Source: Chrysomallon squamiferum (taxonomy: Eukaryota > Animalia > Mollusca). Taken from it: DNA of 64,000 bases. The stretch covers positions 14,756,001 through 14,820,000 of the forward strand of contig CM022678.1 of the NCBI GenBank assembly GCA_012295275.1. Reading direction: 5' to 3'. Each line of letters begins with the position of its first letter. Position 1 is the stretch's first letter. A program made the position numbers and the translations under genes. Of the stretch, positions 10,582-25,236 are shown in pieces. The notes beneath the pieces are model-generated. The model made no database searches. It worked only from the letters and a program-made list of their open reading frames with translations, and was not told the origin of the DNA.

Positions 10582-12328
10582 TTAATTTAAATCCTCAACC
10601 CTGAGGATATCATCTAATTCTTCTGCACATTAACTAGTATATATGTGATATATTATTTATATATTTATTTATTTATTATTATTGTTGTTATTATTACTAT
10701 TTATTTTTTTATTTTTTTATTATTTTAACTCTTATCCAGTTTGTTTTAGTTTATTTATATTTCACACTTAAAGAAATATCTACACCAGATATTTGTCACA
10801 CCACACACACACATACATGCACACACAATATATACATATGTATAATTCTGTGTATGTGTGGTTATGCAATGTTTATGTAACTCTAATATCAAAAATAGAA
10901 CATTTTATACTTTTTTCTTTTACATAAATAATAACCATAGTTACACAACTGATAGATTAGTAGAAAATAAGTAATTATTACAAAAAGTACTGATATATCT
11001 ATAATACATTATTATTTTGATATATATATGTATTTACCCTCATAGCTGATTCTTCCATCCCCATCTTTATCAGCATCTCTGAGTACTTCCTGAACTTGAG
11101 CATCTGTGAGCACTTCACCCACCCTGGTGAGAGCCACTTTGAGTTCTCTCTCGTTGATGTAGCCGTCTCCGTCTCTGTCAAAGACGTGGAAAGCGTCTCG
11201 CATCTCTTTCTCCACCTGCTCCTTCTCCTTAAACTTGGGACCAAGCACTTCAACAAACTCCTCAAGTTCAATTCTTCCACTTCCTGTCACAACAAACACA
11301 AATCTAGTAAATACAAATCTACTCTGTTGTTAATTCTGTTTTACATAACTGAAGAATAACCTTGTTGAGTAATGCATAAGTATACAGACTTAATTTTTTT
11401 GTTTTTTTTGTTTTTGCTTTTTAAACTATATCAGCCTTTATTACACTGACATATTTTGCTGGATCAAAATTTACAATAATAATAAACTTTTCTATTATTA
11501 GTTTTGTACATTTGAGAATTAAATTATTTTCAAAATCAATTTGTTTCTCACATTCTTGTTTAGAATGATCATCTCTAATACAACCAAATTTTTTTTTACA
11601 AATTATTCTTACCGTTTTTATCTGCTTTTCGCATCATTTCTGAAATTTCATGATCTGATATGTTCTGCCCAAGCATATGAACTACATTCTTCAAATCACT
11701 CTCCATAATAAACCCATTTTTATTTCTGTCAATGGCTTGAAACCCTTGCTTTATTTCTGAAAGTAAACTATCTTGTCATCATTTATATTATTAATAATCT
11801 GATACTTTAATAATTTGTTTTCAGTAATTAACTATATTATTTATTTTGAGTAAACAGATAAATGAATATTATTAAATATATTTGTAATGAAAAACATTCC
11901 CGTCTTTAATGATAAAGTTTAAAGTGATTCAGAGATAAAATTCTCAGGCTAAAAATACTTGTTTTGTTTAAGATTCAGACATTTATGAAAGGGAATCTGC
12001 TGGTTATCGAATTTATTTTTATATCAAACAGAAAGCAGTGGTCAGTCAACATGTCAGTTTAGAGTGCTACATGTATAAAACATTTATTGGTTTATTATTC
12101 TTTTGTTGAAATAAAGTTGAATTCAGCTTTTGTGATTGTCTTAATTTTGATAAAAATAATAAAGGTAACATTTTTTTTTTTTTTTTTTTTAATTCTAGAA
12201 AGTATTGTTATTACAGAAAACTTACTTTGAAACTGGTCTTTTGTTAGTCCAAGCTCTTTACACAGATTTGCTTCCCTTTTTGCTTGTTCCTTATCTTCAC
12301 TCCTCGAAAGTTTCCGCTTCAGACTCAT
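10582..12328 (-). CDS. Calmodulin-like protein, 4 EF-hands, N-terminal extension (about 176-177 aa)
   Basis: Exons 12328-12226, 11756-11613, 11283-11038 and 10622(or 10619)-10582. All introns are GT-AG, phase 1. EF loops: DRNKNGFIMESD, DKNGSGRIELEE, DRDGDGYINERE, DKDGDGRISYEE. The last exon (ELDDILRVEDLN*) is the least certain. Confidence 0.9.
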
Positions 12329-14063
12329 GACTGTGATTTTAGTGAGACAACTACATCAGATGTGGTGTTAAAGTGTAGTTCCACTATTATAAATGATGAT
12401 GTTGTCATGGTGATTCCAGACGCCACTGTCCGGAAATCAATTGAGGCAGAATTATTATTGAATGGCTTTTTAGATTTGCCAACTAATTGTGTTAAGCAGA
12501 AAATAAAATCCAGTGTTTGATTGTTGAAAAGCTATAAATAATCAACATCAGGATACCTCGTTCATATTCTCTTGATAGCAGTAATTCTACCGTGGCCAAT
12601 CAATGGCTGCTTCATTTACATATAAATGAATAAATATGTCGTGTTGGGAAGACTCAAAGACACTGCTACTGTTGGGTTAATTATAACACTAACTCAAATA
12701 AATGTGGCTTTTTATTATTTTCTCTGGAGTCAACATCATCAGTCAGCAGATTAAACAATCCTATTTTGCTTGTATTTCCTTTAAACAAGAAAATAATACT
12801 TCTGAAAATAGAATCTGTCAATCTCTGAAACAAAACAAAAATGTGAAATAAAGCTTCAATTACAGAAATAAAAATGAATTGGAATATGGTTGACAATAAA
12901 TTTAAGAGATTAACGCTTTGAGAATAATCTTAATTATATGAATATAATCATAAACAAAATTTAATAAAATAACCAAATTAAATAAATAAATAACTAAATA
13001 ACTGAATATATAAAAAAATAGTAATAAATGCAAATGATTTTAGATATAAATACTTGTACTGCTTCATGAAATGTAGCACTAATTTAGTCTTTAACCTTAA
13101 TTGTTAATACTCAGAATACTTTTTAAAATTTTTAACTTGAAAAGTTTGATTTGCAAATCGCATTATTATTTACCAATAAATCAAATATCTGAATTTTCTT
13201 CTAAATAGGTCACTTGTAAAGAAGTTGATATAAAGTGAGTACAGTACATCAGCTTTATACAGATCAATAAAAGAAAAGTACTTAAGTTTTTACACTTCAG
13301 TAAATCATATTTACAGTGCTTTTGACCTGACACTTTTTATATTTACAATAATGTGATTATATTGTTTTTTTAATATGGACTCAGTTTATTTGTGTGTTTT
13401 GTGTAGGTTTTTTTTTTTTATATGGACTCGGTTAATAATCTGTCTTTGTGTAGTGCTTAGTCTTATACACCACTTGGATAATGAGAGCAGAAATATACCT
13501 GTGTGTTGTTTTTACAGTGATTTTTAATCAAGGGCTTTATTACATCTGTCTGACTGACTGTATGTTGGTAGGTCTATCTGTATGTATTTTGGCTGTTAGG
13601 GGTGGCCTGTGCAACTAGCAGAGATGGAAGATTAATAAAAAAATATTAAGTTCATTCAGTAAGATAGTCATGGATTTAAAGGAAGCAAACTTTCTCATTT
13701 ATTTCTTAAAATTTCCCTTTATATTTTTTATTTTGTATACAAATGTTTACAAATCCTTTGGTTTATGTAAATTTAGAATATCCCTCATCTGCTTATACAA
13801 CATTTCTCAGTTGTTTGAATACACGTTTACATGTTTAGAATTCTGATTTACATTTAGAATTTAACACTTGCCTACCTCCTCACAATTTCATGTTTAGAAG
13901 TTTTCATTTTTATATATATTTTTAGTGTATATGTGTTTGTGTATGTTAATATAGTGTGTGTATGTGTGTGTTTGTAATATGTAAACCATTTCCTATAATT
14001 AATTGAAAATAAAGGTGACTAATTCAAACTTTTAAACAAGAAACTTGTTTTATTATTAATCTT

Positions 14064-14094
<31 letters not shown>

Positions 14095-16326
14095 GGCTAG
14101 CAATTGTTGCATAATTAGTCAGTTTAGAGGTATTTTTGTTTGTGTCCTTAGAGATGTTTGAGTTAGGAAAATAAAATTTTATGTATTTATATTTATTATG
14201 TATGTTTCTGTAATAAAGTAATAAAAAAGAGAAAAATAACATTTTTGTGTTTATATTTATTATGCATGTTTCTGTAATGATGTAATAAAAAACAGAAAAA
14301 TAAAATTTTATGTATTTATTTAGGTTTATGATTATGATTTTAATTACACCTTCTTTTCCTTGCATGAATAAAAACCCTGATTTTAACTGGTTTTCAGTAA
14401 TGTTACAAAATGTTTTTTTTCAAATATATAAAATTAATAATAAACGCCATATCCATCCTCCCAAAGAATTTCAAGTTATAACATTGCAGAGAATATCACA
14501 AAAACAGTTCATTAGATCAGGGTGGGGAGGTGTGGGAGGATGTGTGTGTGTGTTCTGACAATTAAAATTTAAAGTTTCAACATCTCTCAGTGTGTCTGTA
14601 TGTAAATAAAATACAAGTCAAATTATTTTATCAACATGAAACTTTATTTGCTGTTAAATTATTTTTCTTCTTTCAGTAAAGTTCAGTGAATTCTAAACAG
14701 ACTTGAAATCAACCAATAAAAAAACAAGAAAAAATTATTTGTTACTGTTCTAGTCTCACACTATTTAAAACAATTATTAAAATATAGTATGACAAAAACA
14801 TCAGAAAACAATGTTTTTCATTTTTCATTCTACTTAAGGAGTCTGTTTTTCAAGCTAAAATGAACTAAGTGTAAAAAACCTAAAATATAATTTCATCTCT
14901 TGGTTAAAAAAAATGTTGATTTTCTTTTCAAAATTAGCAAATAAATAAATGCCCTTTAAATTTAACAGAATAAGCACAAACAAGTAATGCAACACAAATT
15001 AATAAATATCTCTACTAAATACTTACAGTCAAAATCCATTGATGTTTATTAATTATGTAAATTCTCACTTCTACTAATTCCATTTATAAACATTTAATTA
15101 TTAATTTTTCTTACAGACAAGAAAACCATGAATGTGTATTAATTATATAAATTCTGCACTTTTTTTTTACTAATTCCAACTTTCAATAAATAAATAGCAT
15201 TAATAACTATTCTGCTTTTGAAACCTTTGACTTAAAAAGGTTTATTCTAATAATTGAAAAAGGTGAAGAATGGATTAACTGATATTCAGGTAACGTTTTT
15301 CATCATAAAACCAATCTTTTCACTTCATACATCTCACAAACAAATCATCACCGGCACAAAGCAGACATAAAAAAGTCACATTTATAAAATATGAAGATAA
15401 TAATAATAATAATAATGAAAATTGCACTTATCACGCAGACCAGCTGAAAATGCTAATACAGATTTCTCAATTCATACATAACATTCACACAATTTGGCAT
15501 CTTTGCTTGTCATGTAAAAGGGGAAAACAAATTATTAAGGAAACGTTTTAATCTTTTTCTTAATGTAAAAATTTATAAAGCAACAAGATAAAAATTGGAG
15601 ATTTTGAAAACTTTGAAAATGCAAATCTTATTCATGCTGAAGTCAGTGCACCCTAGACAGTTAGGAATGACTGACTAATTAACAAAAATTTATATTTACA
15701 AATTAGGTATTTACAATGTTCTTTTGGTCGCTTTCAGATTTAAATGTCCTAATCTGCAGACTTGAAAAAAATAAAAAATAAATAAAACTGAAAAAAAAGA
15801 AGTAGTTCAGAAGGTAAAACAAAAAAGTTAAAATCCAAAAGCTGCTTTCTGAAGTAGTTAAAAACTAGCAAACTGAACACTGTTTCCTGGCATGCTTAGC
15901 ATTAACAGTTACATACACACTGAAGATTGTTATGGTATGTAACTATCAACACCAACATTTGATTTAATTTAATGAACTTCTCAAGCCAGTGTTTGCTAAA
16001 TATTAATTTTAAAAAGTGTATCATCTTTCAATGGATACATCAGAAATAAGATTCATTAAATTTCAGCATGTATTTTTCGAATACATGAAAATATACAATT
16101 TATAAAATTAAAACAAACTAGTGAATAAAGTAAAGGAAAAAAATAGTACTTCATTTCAAAATTTTGTTTATGTACAGGTTTTTGTTGATATTTAAAAAAA
16201 ATTAAAATAAAGATAATAATAACAATAATTCAGTTTGTAAAGACTGCAGTTTTTTCCGTGTTATTTTCCCCATCATTAACTACAACAATGACAGTAACAA
16301 ACAAAACATCTAGCTCTATAATAATG

Positions 16327-16358
<32 letters not shown>

Positions 16359-16624
16359 TTAAAAGCACCCAAGTAACCAATTAAAATTCTCCACAAAGAT
16401 TATCAAAACAAAATTTAAAAATAATATAAAATAATAAATATTTATAATCTATCTGTTTTCAGACCAATTCCTCATATTTAAGTAAATATGAAGAAAGAGG
16501 TGAGTTGTGCTGACTGAATCACAAAGCTGTAGGAGATCAGGACTACTGTGACAGAGCACATCACAGCCAGTATGAAGAGAAACACACATCTAATAACATA
16601 ATGACGAGTAGTCAGTCACATGTA

Positions 16625-16790
16625 CCAGGGAAGTTTTCACTTGAACAATATCACTGAAATATCCATTGATACAGAACTGCAGGGACATTTCCACTGATAC
16701 AGGACAATATCAGGGAAGTTTCCACTGATATATATATATATATATATATATGTATGATATTAGGAAAGTTCCCACTGACACAGGATGGTG
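16625..16790. repeat. Degenerate ~30-bp minisatellite interrupted by (TA)n
   Basis: Repeated AGGGAAGTTTCCACTGATACAGGACAATATC-like units. Confidence 0.7.
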
Positions 16791-16896
16791 TAGGTCCAGA
16801 TCTTCAGAAGAACAATTCGTTGTAACTTTGGAATCGAGTGGAAACTGGAAGCACATCAGCAAGTATTGCTATGAGTGGAAGCAGTTTAAGCCAGGA

Positions 16897-18417
16897 CTAG
16901 CTTGGTGACCGAAGTCTGTGCACATGATACAGGACGTACTGGAGGAAAGCCTGCATCATTTCAATGTTCTGCCAGATGTAAATCACAGAGAGCACCAGAA
17001 CCACAGTCGAAAGTATCCGCATTCTGCAATAAAAAACACGTCATCTTATCTTTCACTGTTGTTACCATTCTTTTTTATACATCTCTAGTAACGTTTTCTG
17101 TGGAATTTATTCTGCAGAGTGAAAATGTATCAAATCATCTTCTGTTTTCAATGATGTAACTATTCATTTTTATACAACCATTATGGAAATTACACTGGTC
17201 TTTTATTGAACGAAGTTGGAAATATCCAAAATCATCTGATTTTTTTTTTATTGCTATAACATTTTTTTTCTTATTATTTTAACATTTTGTGACAGTAAAA
17301 ATATGTAAAAGATTAACTTGGTTTCAATAGCTATTCATTTTTATACTGGTAAAAATATGTCAAAAATCATTTTCTCTTTCACTGCTAAGCTCTTAACAAC
17401 CATTCACTTTTATACATCTTTATACTGTTAGTTTATTCAGACTTTCCAGACTGTCACAATACCCCAAGTCTAACAGAATCTCTAGTGAATGATAATATGC
17501 CAGGCAAAGTTTGGATATAGTCTACCTTTGGCTTAATTTAAATATCTGCCATTACTGTAGTGATTCCTTATTATTTTCTTATTAGTACATTTTGCTGCAA
17601 ATTTTGTGTTTTTCTTTCAATGTGTTGTAGCAGTGAATCCAAACTGTATTATTACTAAATGTACCTTGTAGTTAGGAATGGTGACACAAAGTTGGCAGCT
17701 GTAGACACGAATACCAGAATGACTGCGACGATTGCCAACGCGACATTGATCAGTTTAGTGAGTAGAGTTCGGAATGTGACATTCTCAACCATTTCCATCG
17801 AAAGAATTTGCTGCTGCTGTTGCTGTTGCTCAAGTCGCTGGATCTATGGTTATTTTTCAGAAAAAGAAATTTTTTGTGGACTAATGATAAAATATGCAAT
17901 AAAACAAAATAATTATGATGTTATTTTTTGTTTTCAAAAAGAAAATTTAGTACGATTAGCTCAGAATACTTTGAAGTAACAATATATGAAGTAAAAACAA
18001 GGAAATTAAAATCCTAATGTAACTTTAGTTCAAAATTAATAAAAAGAAGAAAAATGTTATTTATAAATATATAAGGTAAAATAAAAACATTGATCCTGTC
18101 ATAACATAAATTAAATCAGTAAATGTTTATATTTCAAAAAAGTTTTTAACAAAGAAAGGTTGTGATCTGAATTCATTTGTACAGCATAAATTAAATCAGT
18201 ATATGTTTTGTTTTTATTTTCCAGTTCCACACTCACCCTTGTTTGACAGTTGTCTACGAGATCACTCAGATCTGTGGTTCTCTCATCGAGACGATATTCA
18301 ATCTTCTCTTCCATGCTACATATGTCCTGAAAAATTACAACATTACATCCAAAATTACTAGTCCAGAAAACAAACGTGAGATGATTGTACTAGTTATTCC
18401 ATTAACTGAGTTTTCAC

Positions 18418-18475
<58 letters not shown>

Positions 18476-20121
18476 AAGAAAGAGATATTTATGTTTACCT
18501 GTTAAGATTGGTTTAAGAAAATACAATGTAGCATTTACCTGCTAAGATCAATTTTATGTTTACCTATATAACAATCTGTGTTTACCTATTAAGATCAGTT
18601 TAAGTACATACCTATTAAGGTAATTTAAGTAGACACAAAAAAAGGTCAGTTATTTATGTAAATCAAATTAGACAATTCATTTTAAGTAGACAATGGTTTT
18701 AACCTGTTTAAGGTTAGTTATTTCATTCTGGTGCAGTTCTGTTAAATCGTTGATTTGGTCTTCTAGACGGTCTGACTTGTACTTCTCCTCGTCCAACAGA
18801 CTCCGAAGTAAACTTATTTCTCCGTGGGTGGAAATCTGAAGTCAGGAATACAGCTATTACTAATCCAAACAAAAAAACAAAGTAACAATTTCTTCTTTCA
18901 GTTTGACTTTACACATACTGAAGTTCACATTACAACATCCATTTAATTCCCACACCACAATTTGGTCGGAAAACCTGGATTAACAGCAGAAGGAGTTGAC
19001 TCCCAGATACTGAATGTAATATAAATCATCAGAGATTCTGTGGTAACTGAATCTATCATACATGGAATAAAACAGATAGTTCAATTATACTGAAAATTTA
19101 GTTACTGATTGTATTACTTCAGTATAGACATGATTTATTAAAAATGTCTGTGTTTTTATAAAAAAAATATTAATGACATGTTCAGTGATTTGTAATCCGT
19201 AATTATATGGCAGAATATGTAAACTCTGCTACCACACAAGCAGCTATATTTTTAAATCAGCAGCTACATATCTTTTAAAGGCAATTTCTTAAGATAGGTA
19301 AAACCACATTAAACCATCTGATGTAGTAGTACAGGACTGGGAAATGATACACTAGACAAGGATTTATTAACATTTCCTCAGATTTGTGCTTTCAACATAA
19401 AGCTATAGTGTTGTGCATCATCCTCATACTTAAATAAATATTTTTGTCTTGTATATGGTAATTGAAAACATCTGTACCCTAGTTTACGTGTGGAGAAAGT
19501 TATTTAATTTGAAAGACACCTTGTAAGATTCAAACTCCTCTGACAGCTGTTGCAGAGACTCGGTTAGCTTTTTCCTGCTCTCTCTCAATTCTTCCAGTTC
19601 CTGGAATATGGGGTCTATGACAGTCTGGGGGAGCACAGGAAGCTGCTGAGATGTTGAGTGTGGACTGCTGTGAACTCCAAACCCAGAACCTGACGTTATA
19701 CTGGAATTGTCGTCATCTGACCCGTAGCGAAAACTGAAACAATCACATTAATTAATAACATAGTTTATAGTTTTATTCTGATTTGCTAAACATACACATT
19801 TTATATAATACATTTAATAGTTAATGATTTTATTTTGATTTGCTAGACCAAAACAAATGAAGAAGAAACTGATAGAAAAACAAAATCACTCACATCTTTA
19901 TCTATCTGTCTTGCTCTTTCAATTACTTTAACACACACAAACACACACAGGCACATATATATGCCCCATACACTTAAATACCTCATCCACAATACACACA
20001 CACATATATATATTCACATGCAAAGCTGAGACCAAGACAGGAAATTATGTCATTGTAACAATATACAAACATTCCCCACATTTATATATTTTCACACAAA
20101 TACTCCTTTCGACACACACAT

Positions 20122-20161
<40 letters not shown>

Positions 20162-20879
20162 TCACCTGCTCATACAGACACTCCCCATGCACACCCACTT
20201 GCACCAACACATGAAATAACATGACAATGTACCTGGCAGGCAGTGTGCCTCCTGACGTCTGACCTTCACCTTCTTCTTGACCCTCCTCCATTTCTACATA
20301 ATATCAATTAGTCATTTTTAATGATAATTAGAGAACATCAATAGAAAAATGGAAATTATTTTTCAAACCATGACATTTTATGTTGCTTATTTTTGTGAGA
20401 CTAAATTTATCTTTTGACACACCAAGTGTTATAAAGAAAAATGTAACATATGATAACATGGCTGTATTATCAACCAAATACTACAAATATAAAATAAATA
20501 ATCAGATATTTAAATGACTTACTTAGTTGACTGATATTGTCAGCACTTCCAAACTTCTTCTTGATGTGGTGAGCTAGTTCCTTTGGCTTTGCAACAATTG
20601 AACTGCAAATATGAATAAATTTTACATAACAACAACAAAAGAAAAAGAAAGAAAAAAAATGAAATAGAAAAATACATGGTATAAAATGTTGTATTATTTC
20701 AAAGACAAATAGAAATACTATATAAAAAAGATAAACTGGATAAATTGTAAAAAAAAAAAAAAAAAAAATATGAAATCATATAAGAAGAAAACATATAATT
20801 AAAGAAAAAAACCTAAAATCCACACATGTATATATATATTTCCATCAATATGAACCAGTTCAGTATAGAAAACTAAAAT

Positions 20880-20943
<64 letters not shown>

Positions 20944-23900
20944 TTCCATCAATATGAACCAGTTTAGAAATTTAGCATATTGTCAAATATTATTTTTTAT
21001 GTTTCATTAAGATAATTGATTTCAGTAAAAAACGATTTTGTATTAGATAACAAATACACAAATACTTACTCTTTTGCCCCTTTGATGTTACCAACAACAC
21101 CACTAAAATAAAAATAATATATTTAATAATTATCAATCTAAAATATGATTAGATATCTCAATATTCTGACTAAAATTAAAAGATATCAGAATAGTAAAGT
21201 ATGAAAATGTATTATTAAATAACTTGTATGATAAAGTCATCTGGTTAAGTTATTGAAGTATATTAATATTATTGAAATTAAATAAGTCAGAAAAGAAAAA
21301 TATATTATTAACCTAATTTTAAACCATAATCATGTTAAGTAGTTCTGGTAAAGTAACTGAAAATTTTTAGGTATAGAAAAGTAATCTAATATAATATAAT
21401 TAAATAAAAAAGTTTTACATTTACCCAGAAAATCCAGTGATTCCATCTACAATGTTAGCTCCTACATCTCTGAAAATAAAAGAAAAACGAAAAACTGAGA
21501 TATGAATAATTATAGTGCTTCCATGACAACTGAAATCAAAGACATAGGTCAAATAACCATAGTCATCTACTGTAATATGTATCTTGTCTTATAAATTAAA
21601 ATGTGTTTTCTCCAAGAATATCAGTTGAAACCTTAAATTTATAGTAATTCAACAATTCACTGTTTCAAAATAATCTAGCGAATAGAAATTTAAATTAAAA
21701 TGTAAAAATATTTATCAGAATAGAACAATTAATAATTCTCAATATTTTTATTTATTTCATTATTTAAATTAAAGAGTTAAAATATTTAACAGAATTGAAC
21801 CATTAATAATTTTCTTTACCATTATTCTGTTTTCATTAATACTGGTCTGAAATATTCACTTTTGTTACAAACCAGCTAATTTCATGCTGTGTCATAATAA
21901 AACAATTGATACTAAATTCTTAAAATATTAAATAACAACTGTTATTATAACAACTAACTTCATGTCCTTTGAGATGTCTTTGAATACAGTTTTGGCTTGT
22001 TTGTGTCAGGATAAAACTATTAATAATCAGTTGAAGCTTTTAAAGTTATTCAACTTAAACATTGCAACTCACTTCATCCCCTGGCCAATGTCCTTGAGGA
22101 CAGTTTTGGCTTGTTTGTGACCAGTCAGTCCGTGAGTTTCGATGTCCTGAGCTTTGCGCTGGTAACTCTCCAGTTTCTTCTGCAGCTGACTGATGATCTG
22201 AGTGGATTTCTGGTTTCTCTTCTCAAACACAGTTTTGATTCTCTGAGCCTGCTGTTTGTCAGTGGAGCTTGCCGCCACTCGCAGATATTCATTAACATTG
22301 GCTGAATGTGAAGTAGAGTAAGTCATTAAAACGAATACAGATTTCACTAAAAACAGCACGAAGATGGAGAGGTTCGAGTTTGTGGTGTTTAGACAAACTC
22401 ATCATACAGAAAGATGTCAAGAACAGATTCATGAAGTTGTCTCAAAGATGGAACAAAATGGACACAACTGGTTGAATAAATTTATGTACAAATATCTAAT
22501 ACTTTCTTGAAGTTAAAAAAAACCACTATGAAATATTATTTCAACCCAACATATAAAATAATTCTCCAGTCAAAATAAAAACTGGTTATGTTCCATTATA
22601 ATTTGTTTTATGAAACACCGAATGATGATATTTCATCTGACTTAGCATGGTCATATTAAACAAAAAATAAAAGATGGACATCATATTTAATTATTAAAAT
22701 ATGAATGAAAATTTGTAAAATTAGAGATAATTTATTTACATTAATCTGATGTTGAACTCAAAATTCTGGTTTATAAAGTTCTGAATATTCTTATAAATAA
22801 AGTTTTAATGTTTTGCTTTCTTCAGATAATATTTTTCCCATGGTCAGATTTATGTATTGTCACGTTCTTCCAATTGTAGTTTTATATATTGACTTTAAAA
22901 TGTGAAATGAATTTTCTTAATAAACAACTATAATTTTAATGTATTGCTAGTTTTTCTTCAAGAAATGTTTTCTATTAAAGAAGTATATTGTTTTACACAA
23001 ACCTTCTTTTAACCGTAGTTCTGTTCTTATCATTTCATTGGTTTTTTCTATCTTCATTTTAAATCTTTCAATGGCTGCCTCCCTTTTCTGATATTCATCA
23101 GTGGTGTCGTCATCTGTAACATTGTCAGAGCCATTTTCCTTCCCAGAATCCACCTGCTTCATAAAACAACGTCATAATGTTCAGTTTTACACCATTTTAA
23201 TATAGTGTGTATTTAATAATATAACAGTTTTACTTAAAATAAAACAACAATTAATTGATTATTTATTTGTTTCTTTGTTAAAACTATTAAAATATTTTTA
23301 AAAAATGGATTTGGCCTTAAGCAGTAACTACTAGAGATATTAACTTGACATTTTGGCCACTAATGGACAATCTATCTATGAAATTATGAAGTGTGGTTTT
23401 TGCAGTGTGAGTTGTTAAAGTTCAGTGAATTGTTTTTTTCCTTTTTTTCTTTTGGCCCACCTAATATATCTATAACTCTGCCTTGAAAATAAAAGTAAAA
23501 ACAAATCCTCTAAATACTGGCATTAATGGTTTTAAGACATAATGTGGATCCTAAGAAAAATAGAGCATAGGACTGAGCTGAGAAGAAGAAGCAAATGCTG
23601 TCCACTGAATTAAAGAATGAAATCATGGAAAAATGTGTTCTGAATGTAGTCAACATGGCTGGCAGTACGAGCATAGTACAAGTTCTATGGTATGAACAAT
23701 ACTGAAGCAGAAGGAGTTGATAAAGGCTATAACTGCAGCAAAAAGAGTTAAAGTAATTTCTAAGCTGTTCATGAACAGATGGAGAAACCCTAACCCTGTA
23801 CACTTTACAAAACCAATTTATTTCTTTACATTCTCTTTTATTTTGTTTTACAGATGGAATGTATTAATGGTTTTGCAATAAATTTCAGTAGGGAATTAAA

Positions 23901-25189
23901 CTCGTAAGTGAAGGTACACTTATATATATATATATATGTATGTATGTATGGGTTTAAGTTAATTTATATAAAAAAAATGTCTTACTACCTCAAGATCCTC
24001 TGTACTTAGTGATGTTTGCTGGGCCTCATCCCCTGGAACCAGCAAGTTTCCTGAACCATGGTATGGTCTAGTCACAAATGATGATTCCGAAGACCCCTGT
24101 TTCCTTGGCAAACTCGGGCTCTTGCTTGATCCCTTCTTGAAATTTTTCACAGCTAATACTTTGCCAGGATCAGACTTTTTCCTAATCCAGGTAAAGATAT
24201 AATAACATTCATAATAAAAGACAAAAACAGAGTTAATATGGCTTATTAAAAATATCTGGAAATGAAATAAAAGAAATTTTAAATATTTTAATTTTGATGA
24301 AAATGTCAGGTATGTTCTTAAATAACAGTTTATTTCATTGGGCAAAGATTATTTTATATTATTTATATTATTTATTTTTATTATTTATTTATTTGCTGTT
24401 AGACTATGCTACATATGCAGCAGAACTGGGTGTCAACATTTCACTAACATGCAGCAATGCAAAAAATAAATAAAAAAATCAACAATAAATTTGTAAAAGT
24501 ATGGACCACGCTAACAGCTGAATGCTGAAAAAAACACACCTAACAGTAGACTATGAAACAACTGGAATGAAATATTAATAACCTGTTTTTGTGTCTTTGC
24601 ATTAATATCATGTAAGATTACAAAAATTATTTCCACAAAAATTTTAATTTTAACCAGTCTTTAGAAAGATGATGATGGTAATACAAATATGGATCACAAT
24701 TCTGTCTCAACAGTCCTTATTTTATCTTACTAGCATACATATTATTCTTTATCATAATAATTTTACATTTATATTTTAATTCTTGTAAGCAATTTATCAC
24801 AATAATTAATATTTTTAAATAACAAAACCCACTGACACTTTGTAATATATAATGTTGTTATTTTTTAATATGATTTAAAATTTTTTTTTTTTATATCCAG
24901 TTGATAAAATGTGTTATTTAGTTGTGTAATTAGGTGATATTTTCAGCAACATGCCACTTTCTCAGGGTTACAGTTTTCACCTGCTGTTGCAGTACATTAC
25001 ACATTTGTCAGGCTACACAAACACGTATCACTGTTCACATTAAACTACATGATTGATTGATACAGTTCACATACCAAAGGCAAAATTCAATGAGGCTTAT
25101 TAGATGTGTAACAAATTATTGCATCGACATAGTTTACATTTTGTACAGAATTAATTCACTTCATATTTTAATATTATTTATATATTTAA

Positions 25190-25236
<47 letters not shown>

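Noticed and set aside
16804-16896. 30 open, partly hydrophobic codons after the TMCC TAG (SWLKLLPLIAILADVLP...), suggesting readthrough
   Set aside because: An open stretch of this length is common by chance, TAG-T is not a readthrough-favouring context, and the family C-terminus is already complete.
20817-20966. 23-bp direct repeat ATTTCCATCAATATGAACCAGTT around a (CA)n tract
   Set aside because: Ordinary slippage-type intronic duplication with no sign of function.
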